Positions 30,246 through 38,533 of a DNA stretch of 38,883 nt are shown here, piece after piece. Location: the NCBI GenBank assembly GCA_029012525.1, contig JAQXMG010000012.1, positions 1-38,883 on the forward strand, read 5' to 3'. Numbering within the stretch: the first letter of the stretch is position 1; each line of letters starts with the position of its first letter. The notes beneath the pieces are model-generated. The model was given only the letters and a program-made list of their open reading frames with translations, did not search any database and was not told where the DNA came from. The stretch comes from a bacterium (GTDB lineage: Bacteria; Bacillota_I; Bacilli_A; RF39; UBA660). A program made the translations under genes and the position numbers.

Positions 30246-30719
30246 TTGTATGAGTATGCTTGCGTTTATTATAGACAACATGGCAATTTAGAAGTTCCAA
30301 ATTCATTTAAAACTAATAATGGCTATGAAGAAGATGAAAATGGGGAAATAAGACTTGGAGAATGGATTGTAAACCAAAGACAAAGAACATCACCAGAAAG
30401 CGAACGTGGCCAGTTATTATCAAAAATTGGGATGCGTTTTGAAGAAAAAAGAAAAAATAGAGATTTAATAACCAATATCTGTAATGAAAATAATGTAGAT
30501 ACTAAATTAAACAAAAATACTATAAATAGAATTCCATATCGAGAATTTATGTCAAAGATAGAATTTTTAAAAGAAAAAAATATTTCTTTATTAGATAAAA
30601 CAGGAAAACTTCATGAAATATTTAGTATGAGTAATACTAATATGAAACAAAAATATAATATTACTTTAGAGGAACTTATTGATAATTATTATATTAAAGG
30701 AAAGGAAAAAGGTAATTAA
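30246..30719 (+). pseudogene. helicase-associated (HA) domain fragment
   Basis: YEYACVYYRQHGNLEVPNSF...LGEWIVNQRQR...LLSKIGMRFE fits the HA repeat pattern (Y...HGh..VP...LG.W...QR...L...G..W/F). The frame opens only at 30222, exactly at the repeat Z breakpoint. The only start codon is TTG, with no SD. Confidence 0.6.
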
Positions 30720-30720
30720 T

Positions 30721-31015
30721 ATGTTTTTAGAAAAGTATTTAAATGAATTTTATTTTGATATGGTTCTTTATAATTATGAAGAGAGTTATCTTAATAGTAT
30801 TGACGAAGAAAACTTTATAAAAATATATGAAGTGTTTAAAAAATATAGTTTTTATTATATTAATGATATTATTTTAAAATATTTAGAAATATTTTAAATG
30901 AATGAAGAAAATATTATAAATGAAATTATTTCGTTAAAAAAAAGAACTTGGAGATGACTTTGTTAATATTATAGGAAATAACCTTACTTATTTAGAAAAA
31001 ATTGTTAATAACTAA
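30721..31015 (+). pseudogene. small ORF (~97 codons) broken by an in-frame TAA and a frameshift in an A8 tract
   Basis: ATG 30721 runs to TAA 30895-30897 and is immediately followed in the same frame by ATG 30898. The frame is then lost in A8 (30936-30943). The shifted frame reads ELGDDFVNIIGNNLTYLEKIVNN to TAA 31013-31015. Confidence 0.45.
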
Positions 31016-31044
31016 AAAGATTCACAAAATAATGTGAATCTTTT
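31015..31044. terminator. bidirectional terminator (right end of the insert / end of def)
   Basis: 12-bp stem AAAAGATTCACA / TGTGAATCTTTT with a 6-nt loop. Confidence 0.75.
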
Positions 31045-31594
31045 ATATTGATCTATATAAATCTGCGCCCTTAAATGGATCTTTTTTATCAATTCTATCA
31101 ATAAATAAGATGCCATTTAAATGGTCTATTTCATGTTGAAAAGCAATTGCAAGTTCTTCTCTTGCTCTTATTTTAATAGGATTTCCATCGATATCAAAAC
31201 CTTCAACGGTAACTCTTGCAAAGCGTTTTACAATACCTTCAACATCTCTATTAACAGATAAACATCCTTCTCCTTCATCAACATAAATAATTTCTTCTGA
31301 ATGACTTGTTATTTTTGGATTTATAACAACATAAGTTTTAAATGTTTCTTTTATTTCTTGTTCATGTACTATAACAAGATATCTTTTTAGTACTCCAAGT
31401 TGTACTGCAGAAAGTCCCATACCAGGTCTTAAATCATATTTTTTAGCTAATTTATCAATTTGACTATTTGTTAAATACTCAATCATTAAATCTATATTTT
31501 TTTTATCTTCTTTAGTTAAAGGAAATTCTACTTCTTTACTAACTTGTCTTAATATTTTACATTTTTCATCTAAAATATCTTTATTTGTTAACAT
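31043..31594 (-). CDS. def: peptide deformylase
   Basis: GLSAVQLG, EGCLS and HEIDHLNG motifs. ATG 31594 (GGGGTGA SD 5 nt upstream) is preferred to GTG 31603. Confidence 0.94.
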   Translation of the reverse strand: MLTNKDILDEKCKILRQVSKEVEFPLTKEDKKNIDLMIEYLTNSQIDKLAKKYDLRPGMGLSAVQLGVLKRYLVIVHEQEIKETFKTYVVINPKITSHSEEIIYVDEGEGCLSVNRDVEGIVKRFARVTVEGFDIDGNPIKIRAREELAIAFQHEIDHLNGILFIDRIDKKDPFKGADLYRSI

Positions 31595-31625
31595 ATACTT
31601 CACCCCAAACTACGTATATTATACA

Positions 31626-31663
31626 CCAAAACAATAAAAAAGGAAATATAAAATTATATTTCC
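31626..31663 (-). terminator. terminator after the yjcZ-like gene
   Basis: Stem GGAAATATA / TATATTTCC followed on the minus strand by a T tract. Confidence 0.55.
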
Positions 31664-31678
31664 AAGTTTATATTCTTA

Positions 31679-31849
31679 TTAGTTCCAGTTTCTAGCGCCA
31701 AGAATAATGATTAAAAGAATAAATAATACTAAAATAATTGCATATCCATTACCATATCCAGCGTATCCTCCGCCACAACAAGGTGTTGCTGGAACTCCAC
31801 AGCAATTTCCTGAACTGCCGTATCCATAAGAATTACCATAATAATACAT
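31679..31849 (-). CDS. YjcZ-like tiny Gly/Tyr/Cys-rich membrane-anchored (sporulation-type) protein, 56 aa. Not in the ORF track.
   Basis: Hand-translated as MYYYGNSYGYGSSGNCCGVPATPCCGGGYAGYGNGYAIILVLFILLIIILGARNWN. AAAGGAGGA SD lies 6 nt upstream. The G/Y-rich head plus the ...VLFILLII.. tail is the YjcZ-family signature. Confidence 0.75.
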   Translation of the reverse strand: MYYYGNSYGYGSSGNCCGVPATPCCGGGYAGYGNGYAIILVLFILLIIILGARNWN

Positions 31850-31974
31850 AGACATCCTCCTTTTACCTAATATAGTTTATTAGTTATGAAACATTTTTGA
31901 CATTACAAAAATCTATTTTTTTAAATAAAGTTTTAAATTTTGTTATTTTGTGTTATTATTATTGTGATGATAAT

Positions 31975-33105
31975 ATGAAAAAGTTAATAAAATATATGGA
32001 TAAAAAACTTTTAATTGCTACAATTATCTTATTTGTCTTTGGACTTATAATGATTTTTTCAGCATCTAATGTAACAGCATACATGTTTGGAGCAAGTCCA
32101 AGCAGGTATTTTTATAAACAATCATTATTTCTTTTTGGAAGTTTTATTGGTTGTACAATAATGATGTTTATCCCAACTTCAAAATATAAAAAACTTTCTT
32201 GGGTTGCTTTAATCGGAGTAACATTTTTAGTTTTTGTTGCTCTTGTTTATGGAACTGTAGTTAATGATGCAAGTGGTTGGATAGGAATAGGTGGACTTGG
32301 TATTCAACCTAGTGAATTTGCTAAAGTTGTAATAATTATGTGGCTTGCTTGTTATTATGAAACCACAAGGGATGAAGAATTTTATAATGATACTATAAAA
32401 ATGTTTTTTCCTCTTTTTGTAATAGGAATTATAACATTTTTAATAATATTACAAAATGACTATGGAACAGCATTAATATTTTTACTTATATCGATGTTTA
32501 TCTTTTTACTTTCACCAACCTCAAAGAAAATAAAATTATTAGTAGTAGGAACAGGTACTTTTCTTGTTATAACTATAGTTGTTTTATGTTTAACTGGTGT
32601 TATTAGTTTTTTATCAAGTGATAAACTTGCTAGATTTAATTTTTTTGATCCATGTAGTAGATATTTAAATGAAGGAAATCAAGTATGTAATGGTTATATT
32701 GCTATAAATGGTGGAGGAATATTTGGTAAAGGTTTAGGAAATAGTACTCAAAAATATTTGTATTTACCCGAAGGACATACTGATTTTATATTTGCTATTA
32801 TTGTAGAAGAACTTGGAATTGTTGGTGCTATTTTATTAATGTTACTTTACATGTTTGTTTTAATTAGAATAATCTTAATTGGTAAAAAAGCACCTAAAAA
32901 TTATCAATCATTAATTTGTTATGGTGTATTTTTCTATCTGTTTTCTCATATTGTAATAAATTTAGGTGGAGTGCTTGGTCTTATGCCTTTAACAGGAATA
33001 CCACTTCCATTTATGTCATATGGCGGTAGTTTTGCATTATCAACGTGTATTGCTTTAACTATGGTACAAAGAATATGCTTTGAAATAAATCAACAAAAGA
33101 ATTAA
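31975..33105 (+). CDS. SEDS-family peptidoglycan polymerase (FtsW/RodA/SpoVE)
   Basis: Multi-TM protein with GIQPSEFAK, DYGTALIF, PEGHTDFIFAII.EELG and PLPFMSYGGS motifs. The start is uncertain (31975 or 31996). The ORF-track start at 31897 is unlikely. Confidence 0.9.
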   Translation: MKKLIKYMDKKLLIATIILFVFGLIMIFSASNVTAYMFGASPSRYFYKQSLFLFGSFIGCTIMMFIPTSKYKKLSWVALIGVTFLVFVALVYGTVVNDASGWIGIGGLGIQPSEFAKVVIIMWLACYYETTRDEEFYNDTIKMFFPLFVIGIITFLIILQNDYGTALIFLLISMFIFLLSPTSKKIKLLVVGTGTFLVITIVVLCLTGVISFLSSDKLARFNFFDPCSRYLNEGNQVCNGYIAINGGGIFGKGLGNSTQKYLYLPEGHTDFIFAIIVEELGIVGAILLMLLYMFVLIRIILIGKKAPKNYQSLICYGVFFYLFSHIVINLGGVLGLMPLTGIPLPFMSYGGSFALSTCIALTMVQRICFEINQQKN

Positions 33106-33152
33106 GGAATTTTTAAAAATACCTTTAATAATACTATTGGAGGTATTTTTTT

Positions 33153-33872
33153 ATGGAACAAATTTTGGAAAATTTAAAAGAAAATAAATTTTTTCTTGGG
33201 GGATTTGTAATTCTTTTTATGATAATTATTATATCAAATGTGTTTATATATTTTTATTTAAAGTATGAGTTTAGTAATGACAATAATAATGAATTTGAAG
33301 AAGATAATCTTTTGAAAGATAATCTGGTTGTAGTTGATGAAATTACCAAAGTTACAGTGGAGATAAAAGGAGAAGTTAAAAAACCTGGTGTTTATGAAGT
33401 TAATTCTAATAAAAGAGTAAATGATGTTATTGCTTTAGCAGAAGGTTTAACTAAAAATGCCGATACCAGTGTTAATAATTTAAGTAAAAAAGTTACTGAT
33501 GAAATGATTATTATTATCTACAGTAAAGAAGAAGTAGCTAATTTTACGAAAGTCAAGGAAAAGGAAGATTTACTTTATGAAGAATGTGTTAAAACTTGTG
33601 TATCTAATAACAATTCTTGTTTAAATCCAAATGATTTAGATAGTACAACTGATACTTTAGTTGAAACTGATGAAACAAATAAAAAGCTAGTATCAATAAA
33701 TAAAGCATCACTTGATGAATTAATGACTTTACCAGGAATAGGAGAATCTAAGGCAAAAGCAATTATTAGCTATCGTGAGAAAACTAAATTTAATTCTATT
33801 GAAGAAGTTAAAAACGTATCTGGAATAGGGGAATCTTTATATGCTCAAATTAAGGATTTTATTACTACGTAA
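33153..33872 (+). CDS. comEA: competence protein ComEA (SLBB + helix-hairpin-helix DNA receptor)
   Basis: N-terminal TM. VEIKGEVKKPGVYEV (SLBB) and a tandem HhH (LMTLPGIGESKAKAII.YRE...VSGIGE). Confidence 0.9.
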   Translation: MEQILENLKENKFFLGGFVILFMIIIISNVFIYFYLKYEFSNDNNNEFEEDNLLKDNLVVVDEITKVTVEIKGEVKKPGVYEVNSNKRVNDVIALAEGLTKNADTSVNNLSKKVTDEMIIIIYSKEEVANFTKVKEKEDLLYEECVKTCVSNNNSCLNPNDLDSTTDTLVETDETNKKLVSINKASLDELMTLPGIGESKAKAIISYREKTKFNSIEEVKNVSGIGESLYAQIKDFITT

Positions 33873-35928
33873 TATTATTTATTATTTTGTTTTGTTAATA
33901 GCTATTTTATATTTTTTATTTGTAAACTTTTTTGTAACTTATGAAAGTAAATATAACAACGTAAATAAATTAGAAGTTATTATTACTAATATAGTAAAAA
34001 AAGACTATGGTTTTAGGTTAGAACTTAAAAATGATGAAAAATTTATTGGTTATTATTATTTAGATAAAGATAAACAACAAGATTTTTATAATAATTATTC
34101 TATTGGAGATAAAATTAAAATTTCAGTTGAAGAAATAACTTTAACTAATAATACTTTAAAAAATACTTTTAATTATAAAAAGTATTTATATAATAAGAAA
34201 ATATACAAAATATTCGAAATAAAAAGTATTGAAAAATTAAAGACTAATCGTAATATTTTTTATTTGATTAAAAATTTTTTATATAAAAGAAGTTATAAAT
34301 TAGAAAAGAGTTATCCATATATTAACACTTTATTATTTGGTAATAAAAGCGATTTAAATAATGATATTTTATCTTCTTATAGTACAAATGGGATAAGTCA
34401 TTTATTTGCAATATCAGGTTCTCATATTAGTATTTTTGTTTTTATTATAGAAAAATTATTAAAGTTATTTAAGATTGGTGAAAATAAAAGATATCTGTTT
34501 TTAATTATATTTTTAATTTTTTTTATGTTTTTGACTAATTTTTCGATGTCTGTTGTTAGATGCTCTATTTTTACGATTCTTCTTTTAATTAACAAAATAT
34601 TTTATTTTTATATCAAACCACAAAATTTATTAATTCTTGCTTTTTCCATTATAATTTTTTCTAATCCTCTCACTTTATTTGATATTGGACTTTTATATTC
34701 TTCTATAATAAGTTTTTCTTTAATTATAATGAGTGATTATATTAATAAGGAAAAATCATATTTAAAAAAACTATTAAAAGTATCATTTATTTCTTTTATT
34801 GTCTCTCTTCCAATTACAATATATAATTTTTATCAAATTAATTTTTTATCTATTATTTATAATTTGTTTTTTGTACCATATGTATCATTTATAATATTAC
34901 CACTTGTAATAATAAGTTATATTTTTTCTTTCTTTGATAGTTTATTATACGTATTCGTTCTTATTATGGAAAAATTGTCACTATTTTTGTCACGAATCAA
35001 TATATTTAGCATAATAATGTGTAAACCAAATATGTCAATTATTGTCGTTTATTATATGTCAATTATTTTGCTTTTAAAGGGACTTAAAATAAATAAAAAA
35101 ATCTACTCTATTTCATTAATAATACTACTTATAATTAATTATATTGGACATTTTAAACTTGAAGATAAAATTACATTTGTTGATATTGGTCAAGGAGATT
35201 CTATTCTTTTGACAGTAAATGACACAATAAATTTAATTGATACAGGTGGAGTTGTCATGACAAGTGATAATAAATATACGTCTAAAATTGTAAAGAATAA
35301 AACAATACCATATTTAAAGTCTCTTGGAATAAGAAAAATAGATAATTTAATCCTTACTCATGGTGATAGTGATCATATGGGAGAAGCTATTTATTTAGTA
35401 GAAAATTTTAAAGTTGATAGAGTTATCTTTAATATTGGAAATTATAATTATTTAGAAAAAGCTTTAATAAAAGTTCTTGATAAAAAAAATATTGAGTATT
35501 ATCAAGATATAGAAGAATTAAATATTGGAGATTCTAAATTGAAAATTTTATATACAGGTTTATATGATAATGAAAATGATAATTCCAATGTAATTTATTT
35601 TGAATTTAATAATTTACAATTTTTATTTATGGGTGATGCAGGAGTAGAGAAAGAAAAAGATATATTAAAAAAATATAATATATCAGATATTGATTTTCTA
35701 AAAGTAGGACATCATGGATCAAATACAAGCAGTAGTAAGGAATTTATAGATACAATTAATCCAAAATATAGCGTAATAAGTGTAGGCATAGATAATAAAT
35801 ATAAACATCCAAATAAAGAAGTACTTGATAATTTATCTGATTCTAAAATATATAGAACCGATATTGATGGAAGTATAGAAATTAAACTAAATAAAAATCA
35901 ATATAAAATAAGGACATTTAGTCCATAG
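33841..35928 (+). CDS. comEC: DNA internalization competence protein ComEC/Rec2 (with metallo-beta-lactamase domain)
   Basis: Polytopic competence domain (GISHLFAISGSHIS) and a C-terminal MBL region (VDIGQGDS, LTHGDSDHMG, VGHHGS). Follows comEA. Confidence 0.9.
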   Translation: MLKLRILLLRNIIYYFVLLIAILYFLFVNFFVTYESKYNNVNKLEVIITNIVKKDYGFRLELKNDEKFIGYYYLDKDKQQDFYNNYSIGDKIKISVEEITLTNNTLKNTFNYKKYLYNKKIYKIFEIKSIEKLKTNRNIFYLIKNFLYKRSYKLEKSYPYINTLLFGNKSDLNNDILSSYSTNGISHLFAISGSHISIFVFIIEKLLKLFKIGENKRYLFLIIFLIFFMFLTNFSMSVVRCSIFTILLLINKIFYFYIKPQNLLILAFSIIIFSNPLTLFDIGLLYSSIISFSLIIMSDYINKEKSYLKKLLKVSFISFIVSLPITIYNFYQINFLSIIYNLFFVPYVSFIILPLVIISYIFSFFDSLLYVFVLIMEKLSLFLSRINIFSIIMCKPNMSIIVVYYMSIILLLKGLKINKKIYSISLIILLIINYIGHFKLEDKITFVDIGQGDSILLTVNDTINLIDTGGVVMTSDNKYTSKIVKNKTIPYLKSLGIRKIDNLILTHGDSDHMGEAIYLVENFKVDRVIFNIGNYNYLEKALIKVLDKKNIEYYQDIEELNIGDSKLKILYTGLYDNENDNSNVIYFEFNNLQFLFMGDAGVEKEKDILKKYNISDIDFLKVGHHGSNTSSSKEFIDTINPKYSVISVGIDNKYKHPNKEVLDNLSDSKIYRTDIDGSIEIKLNKNQYKIRTFSP

Positions 35929-35941
35929 AAAGGAATTATAT

Positions 35942-36826
35942 ATGAACTATTATAATAAAATAAAACAAGAATTAATAAACAATGAAATATATAAAAAGGC
36001 TAAAGATTATAGCAAAAATAATAGTGATTTAACTGCTTATTATAAAGTAGGAAAAATATTAAGTGAAGCTGGAAAACATTATGGTGATGGAGTAATAAAA
36101 GAATATTCAAAAAAACTAACTAATGAATTGGGAAAAGGTTATACTTTTACTTCTCTTACAAGAATGAAAAAGTTTTATGTAATGATAGAAAAACTTGCGA
36201 CAGTGTCGCAACAATTAACATATGGACATTATGTTGAGTTATTGCTATTAACTGATATTAATAAAATAAGATATTATATTTTGACATCAGAACAACAAAA
36301 TCTATCTATTAGACAATTAAGAAATAAAATAAAAAATAACGAATATGAAAGATTGAATCAAGAAACAAATTTAAAACTGATTAATAATGAACAATCAAAT
36401 GTTGTTGATTTTGTTAAGAATCCTATATTAATAAAGAATAGTTATAGCAATATCAAAATATCAGAAAAAATATTACAAAAATTAATATTAGAAAACATTG
36501 AATCATTTATGAAAGAATTAGGTACTAATTTTAGTTTTATAGGCAGTGAATATAAAATAAAAATTGGAGATAGATATAATTATATAGATTTACTATTGTT
36601 TAATTATGAATATAATTGTTTTGTAGTCGTTGAATTAAAAGTAACAGAATTAAAAAAAGAACATATAGGTCAAATTGAGGTTTATATGAATTATGTAGAT
36701 AATAATTTAAAAAATATTAATCATGATAAAAATATTGGAATAATTATTTGCAGGAAAGAAAATAAGTATGTAATTGAATATTGTAGTGATAATAGAATTA
36801 TTGCTAGGGAATATGAATTGGTGTAA
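35942..36826 (+). CDS. DUF1016/YhcG-family PDDEXK nuclease-domain protein
   Basis: N-terminal YYKVGKIL...YG..VIKEYSKKL and C-terminal YIDLLLFN...FVVVELKV core (D...ExK). Family-typical length. Confidence 0.8.
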   Translation: MNYYNKIKQELINNEIYKKAKDYSKNNSDLTAYYKVGKILSEAGKHYGDGVIKEYSKKLTNELGKGYTFTSLTRMKKFYVMIEKLATVSQQLTYGHYVELLLLTDINKIRYYILTSEQQNLSIRQLRNKIKNNEYERLNQETNLKLINNEQSNVVDFVKNPILIKNSYSNIKISEKILQKLILENIESFMKELGTNFSFIGSEYKIKIGDRYNYIDLLLFNYEYNCFVVVELKVTELKKEHIGQIEVYMNYVDNNLKNINHDKNIGIIICRKENKYVIEYCSDNRIIAREYELV

Positions 36827-36841
36827 AAAAATAAAGAGAGA

Positions 36842-36930
36842 CATTATAAAACTTTGCTATTAATAAATAAGTGTGATTTAACTACTTATTATAAAGTAGG
36901 GAAAACATTATGGTGGGGGAATAAGCAATT
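36842..36930 (+). pseudogene. deleted relic of the 5' end of a second DUF1016 gene copy
   Basis: 36873-36900 matches 36024-36051 (GTGATTTAACTnCTTATTATAAAGTAGG). After a 20-nt gap relative to the gene, 36901-36930 matches 36072-36100. Confidence 0.7.
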
Positions 36931-37440
36931 GGTAAAAGTATATTTAATATTTCTTTTGAAGTATATGAAAAAAATTTTACATATTAAAAAAAGACAGCCA
37001 GTTGCTGCTTAGTTATTATGGATTAATATATATTGAAATTAAAAAAAGTGAATATTTATGTGATAAATTATTATATAAATTAATGTGTTAATTTAAATTT
37101 AAATATAAATGAATTAATAAAAATTGAATATGGATGTAAAAAATAATAAAAGGATAGACTCATGATATAAAAAATATATTTATTGTAAAAATTGTACATA
37201 GTTGATGCACAATTAACAAGTTTATCGTTATAGAATTTTTTTGAACTAAGTATAATGGTTAAATTTATTACTATGTTTTCCAAATGAAAGAAAAAAATTT
37301 TAGTAAAAAATAAATAATAAGTTTTTTTAATAATATATAAATATTATTTGATTATAATACATAAAATTAGTATTCTTTATTAATTATAAAATAATTTAAA
37401 AACTGGAACAAAACAGTAATGTATACATAAAATAATATAG

Positions 37441-37466
37441 ACGCTAATCGCTAGTTGATGTAGCGT
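37441..37466 (-). terminator. possible terminator after the radical SAM gene
   Basis: ACGCTA...TAGCGT or CGCTA/TAGCG stem, about 18 nt beyond the stop. The T tract is weak. Confidence 0.35.
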
Positions 37467-37483
37467 TTAATATAGATTAGAGC

Positions 37484-38377
37484 TTAAAATTCTTGATTTC
37501 TAAAATCAGGAATAAAGCTCTTTTTTTGTGTTTCTCCTTCTTGAATGAATGCATTTCTAATTCCAAGATCATATGCAAAATTTATAACATCATCATAAAC
37601 ATCATCACTTATTTTATGATTTAATTCTTCATATTTTAATTTTTTCATAGGAGTATATTGATTCATTATGCTAATATAGATATCATCTTTATAAGTTTTG
37701 TACAAATATTCGATTATTTTTTTAGAGTCATTTTCCATATTTGGAAGAAGTAAGTGTCTTACAATCACACCTTTTTTCATAATGCCATTATCATCAAACA
37801 TAGATTTTCCTACTTGGCGATACATTTCTGCAATGGCTTTTTTACAAACATTTACATAATTTCTAGCACTTGAATATTTTATTGCAATTTCATCATTATA
37901 ATATTTAAAATCTGGCAAATAAATATCAATTAAACCATCAAGCAATTTTAATGATTCAACATTTTCATAGCTACTCGTATTATAGACAATTGGAATAGTT
38001 AAACCTTTTTCTTTAGCAAGCATCAATCCTTCTTTTATTAAAGGAATATAATGAGTTGGAGTAATTAAATTAATATTTAAAGCTCCTTTTTTTTGCAATT
38101 TAAGACAAATATCGCTAAATTTTTCAATACTTATTTCTTTTCCTATATTTTCTTCTGATATTTCATAATTTTGACAGAATAAACATTTTAAATTACAATA
38201 TGAAAAAAATATAGCGCCACTACCAGAATCACCTGAAATACAAGGCTCTTCATAGTAGTAAAGATCTGCTCTTGCAATCTTTATTGAATCTTTTGCTTTA
38301 CAAAAACCAACTTCTTTATGTCTATTTACATTACAATTTCTAGGGCATAATTTGCATTTTGCTAATAAGTCTTTCAT
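37484..38377 (-). CDS. radical SAM protein, PflX-like (pyruvate formate-lyase activase-related, COG1313 type)
   Basis: CNLKCLFCQN (CxxxCxxC) and an N-terminal Cys cluster CKLCPRNCNVNR...GFC. ATG 38377 (GGTGA SD) is preferred to 38392. Confidence 0.85.
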   Translation of the reverse strand: MKDLLAKCKLCPRNCNVNRHKEVGFCKAKDSIKIARADLYYYEEPCISGDSGSGAIFFSYCNLKCLFCQNYEISEENIGKEISIEKFSDICLKLQKKGALNINLITPTHYIPLIKEGLMLAKEKGLTIPIVYNTSSYENVESLKLLDGLIDIYLPDFKYYNDEIAIKYSSARNYVNVCKKAIAEMYRQVGKSMFDDNGIMKKGVIVRHLLLPNMENDSKKIIEYLYKTYKDDIYISIMNQYTPMKKLKYEELNHKISDDVYDDVINFAYDLGIRNAFIQEGETQKKSFIPDFRNQEF

Positions 38378-38533
38378 AAATTTCACCAACATAATTATAA
38401 CACGTATGATAAAAATTAAATAAATTATTATTTATCAATGTTATAATATTTATATAAAATGTCATAATTTTTTATTATAAATAAAATTTAAAAAATAAGA
38501 GAGCATTATGGCGGAATATTGGGATTTATATGA

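Larger units (their letters stand above)
28174..30291 (+). pseudogene. large modular (polyvalent-protein-like) ORF, module set B, 3'-truncated at a recombination junction
   Basis: 705-aa ORF rich in N/K/E. It contains second copies of both repeat modules. Similarity to copy A stops at about 30240 and the frame ends 17 codons later. Confidence 0.65.

Noticed and set aside
27885-30514. Antisense ORFs within the accessory insert (27885-28076, 28545-28730, 29415-29660, 29829-30026, 30323-30514)
   Set aside because: I checked them as possible hidden toxin/antitoxin or immunity genes. All are F/L/I/S-rich mirror images of the N/K/E-rich sense frame, and none has an SD.
4881-31974. Longer N-terminal extensions suggested by the ORF track (rpsS 4881, rplF 8989, SDR 16151, lipoprotein 21534, smc 23208, def 31603, SEDS 31897)
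   Set aside because: In each case a downstream ATG has a properly spaced SD and matches the conserved family N-terminus. The longer form overlaps the preceding gene or lacks an SD.
37080-37283. 67-aa minus-strand ORF in the AT-rich spacer
   Set aside because: The translation is low-complexity (F/Y/I/N), there is no SD, and the surrounding sequence is extremely AT-rich. It is most likely a chance ORF.
36931-37483. ~550-nt gene-free, extremely AT-rich spacer, considered for an ncRNA, origin or repeat array
   Set aside because: I could find only short imperfect inverted repeats (for example around 37190-37215), no periodic repeats, and no conserved-looking GC islands. Sequence alone supports nothing here.
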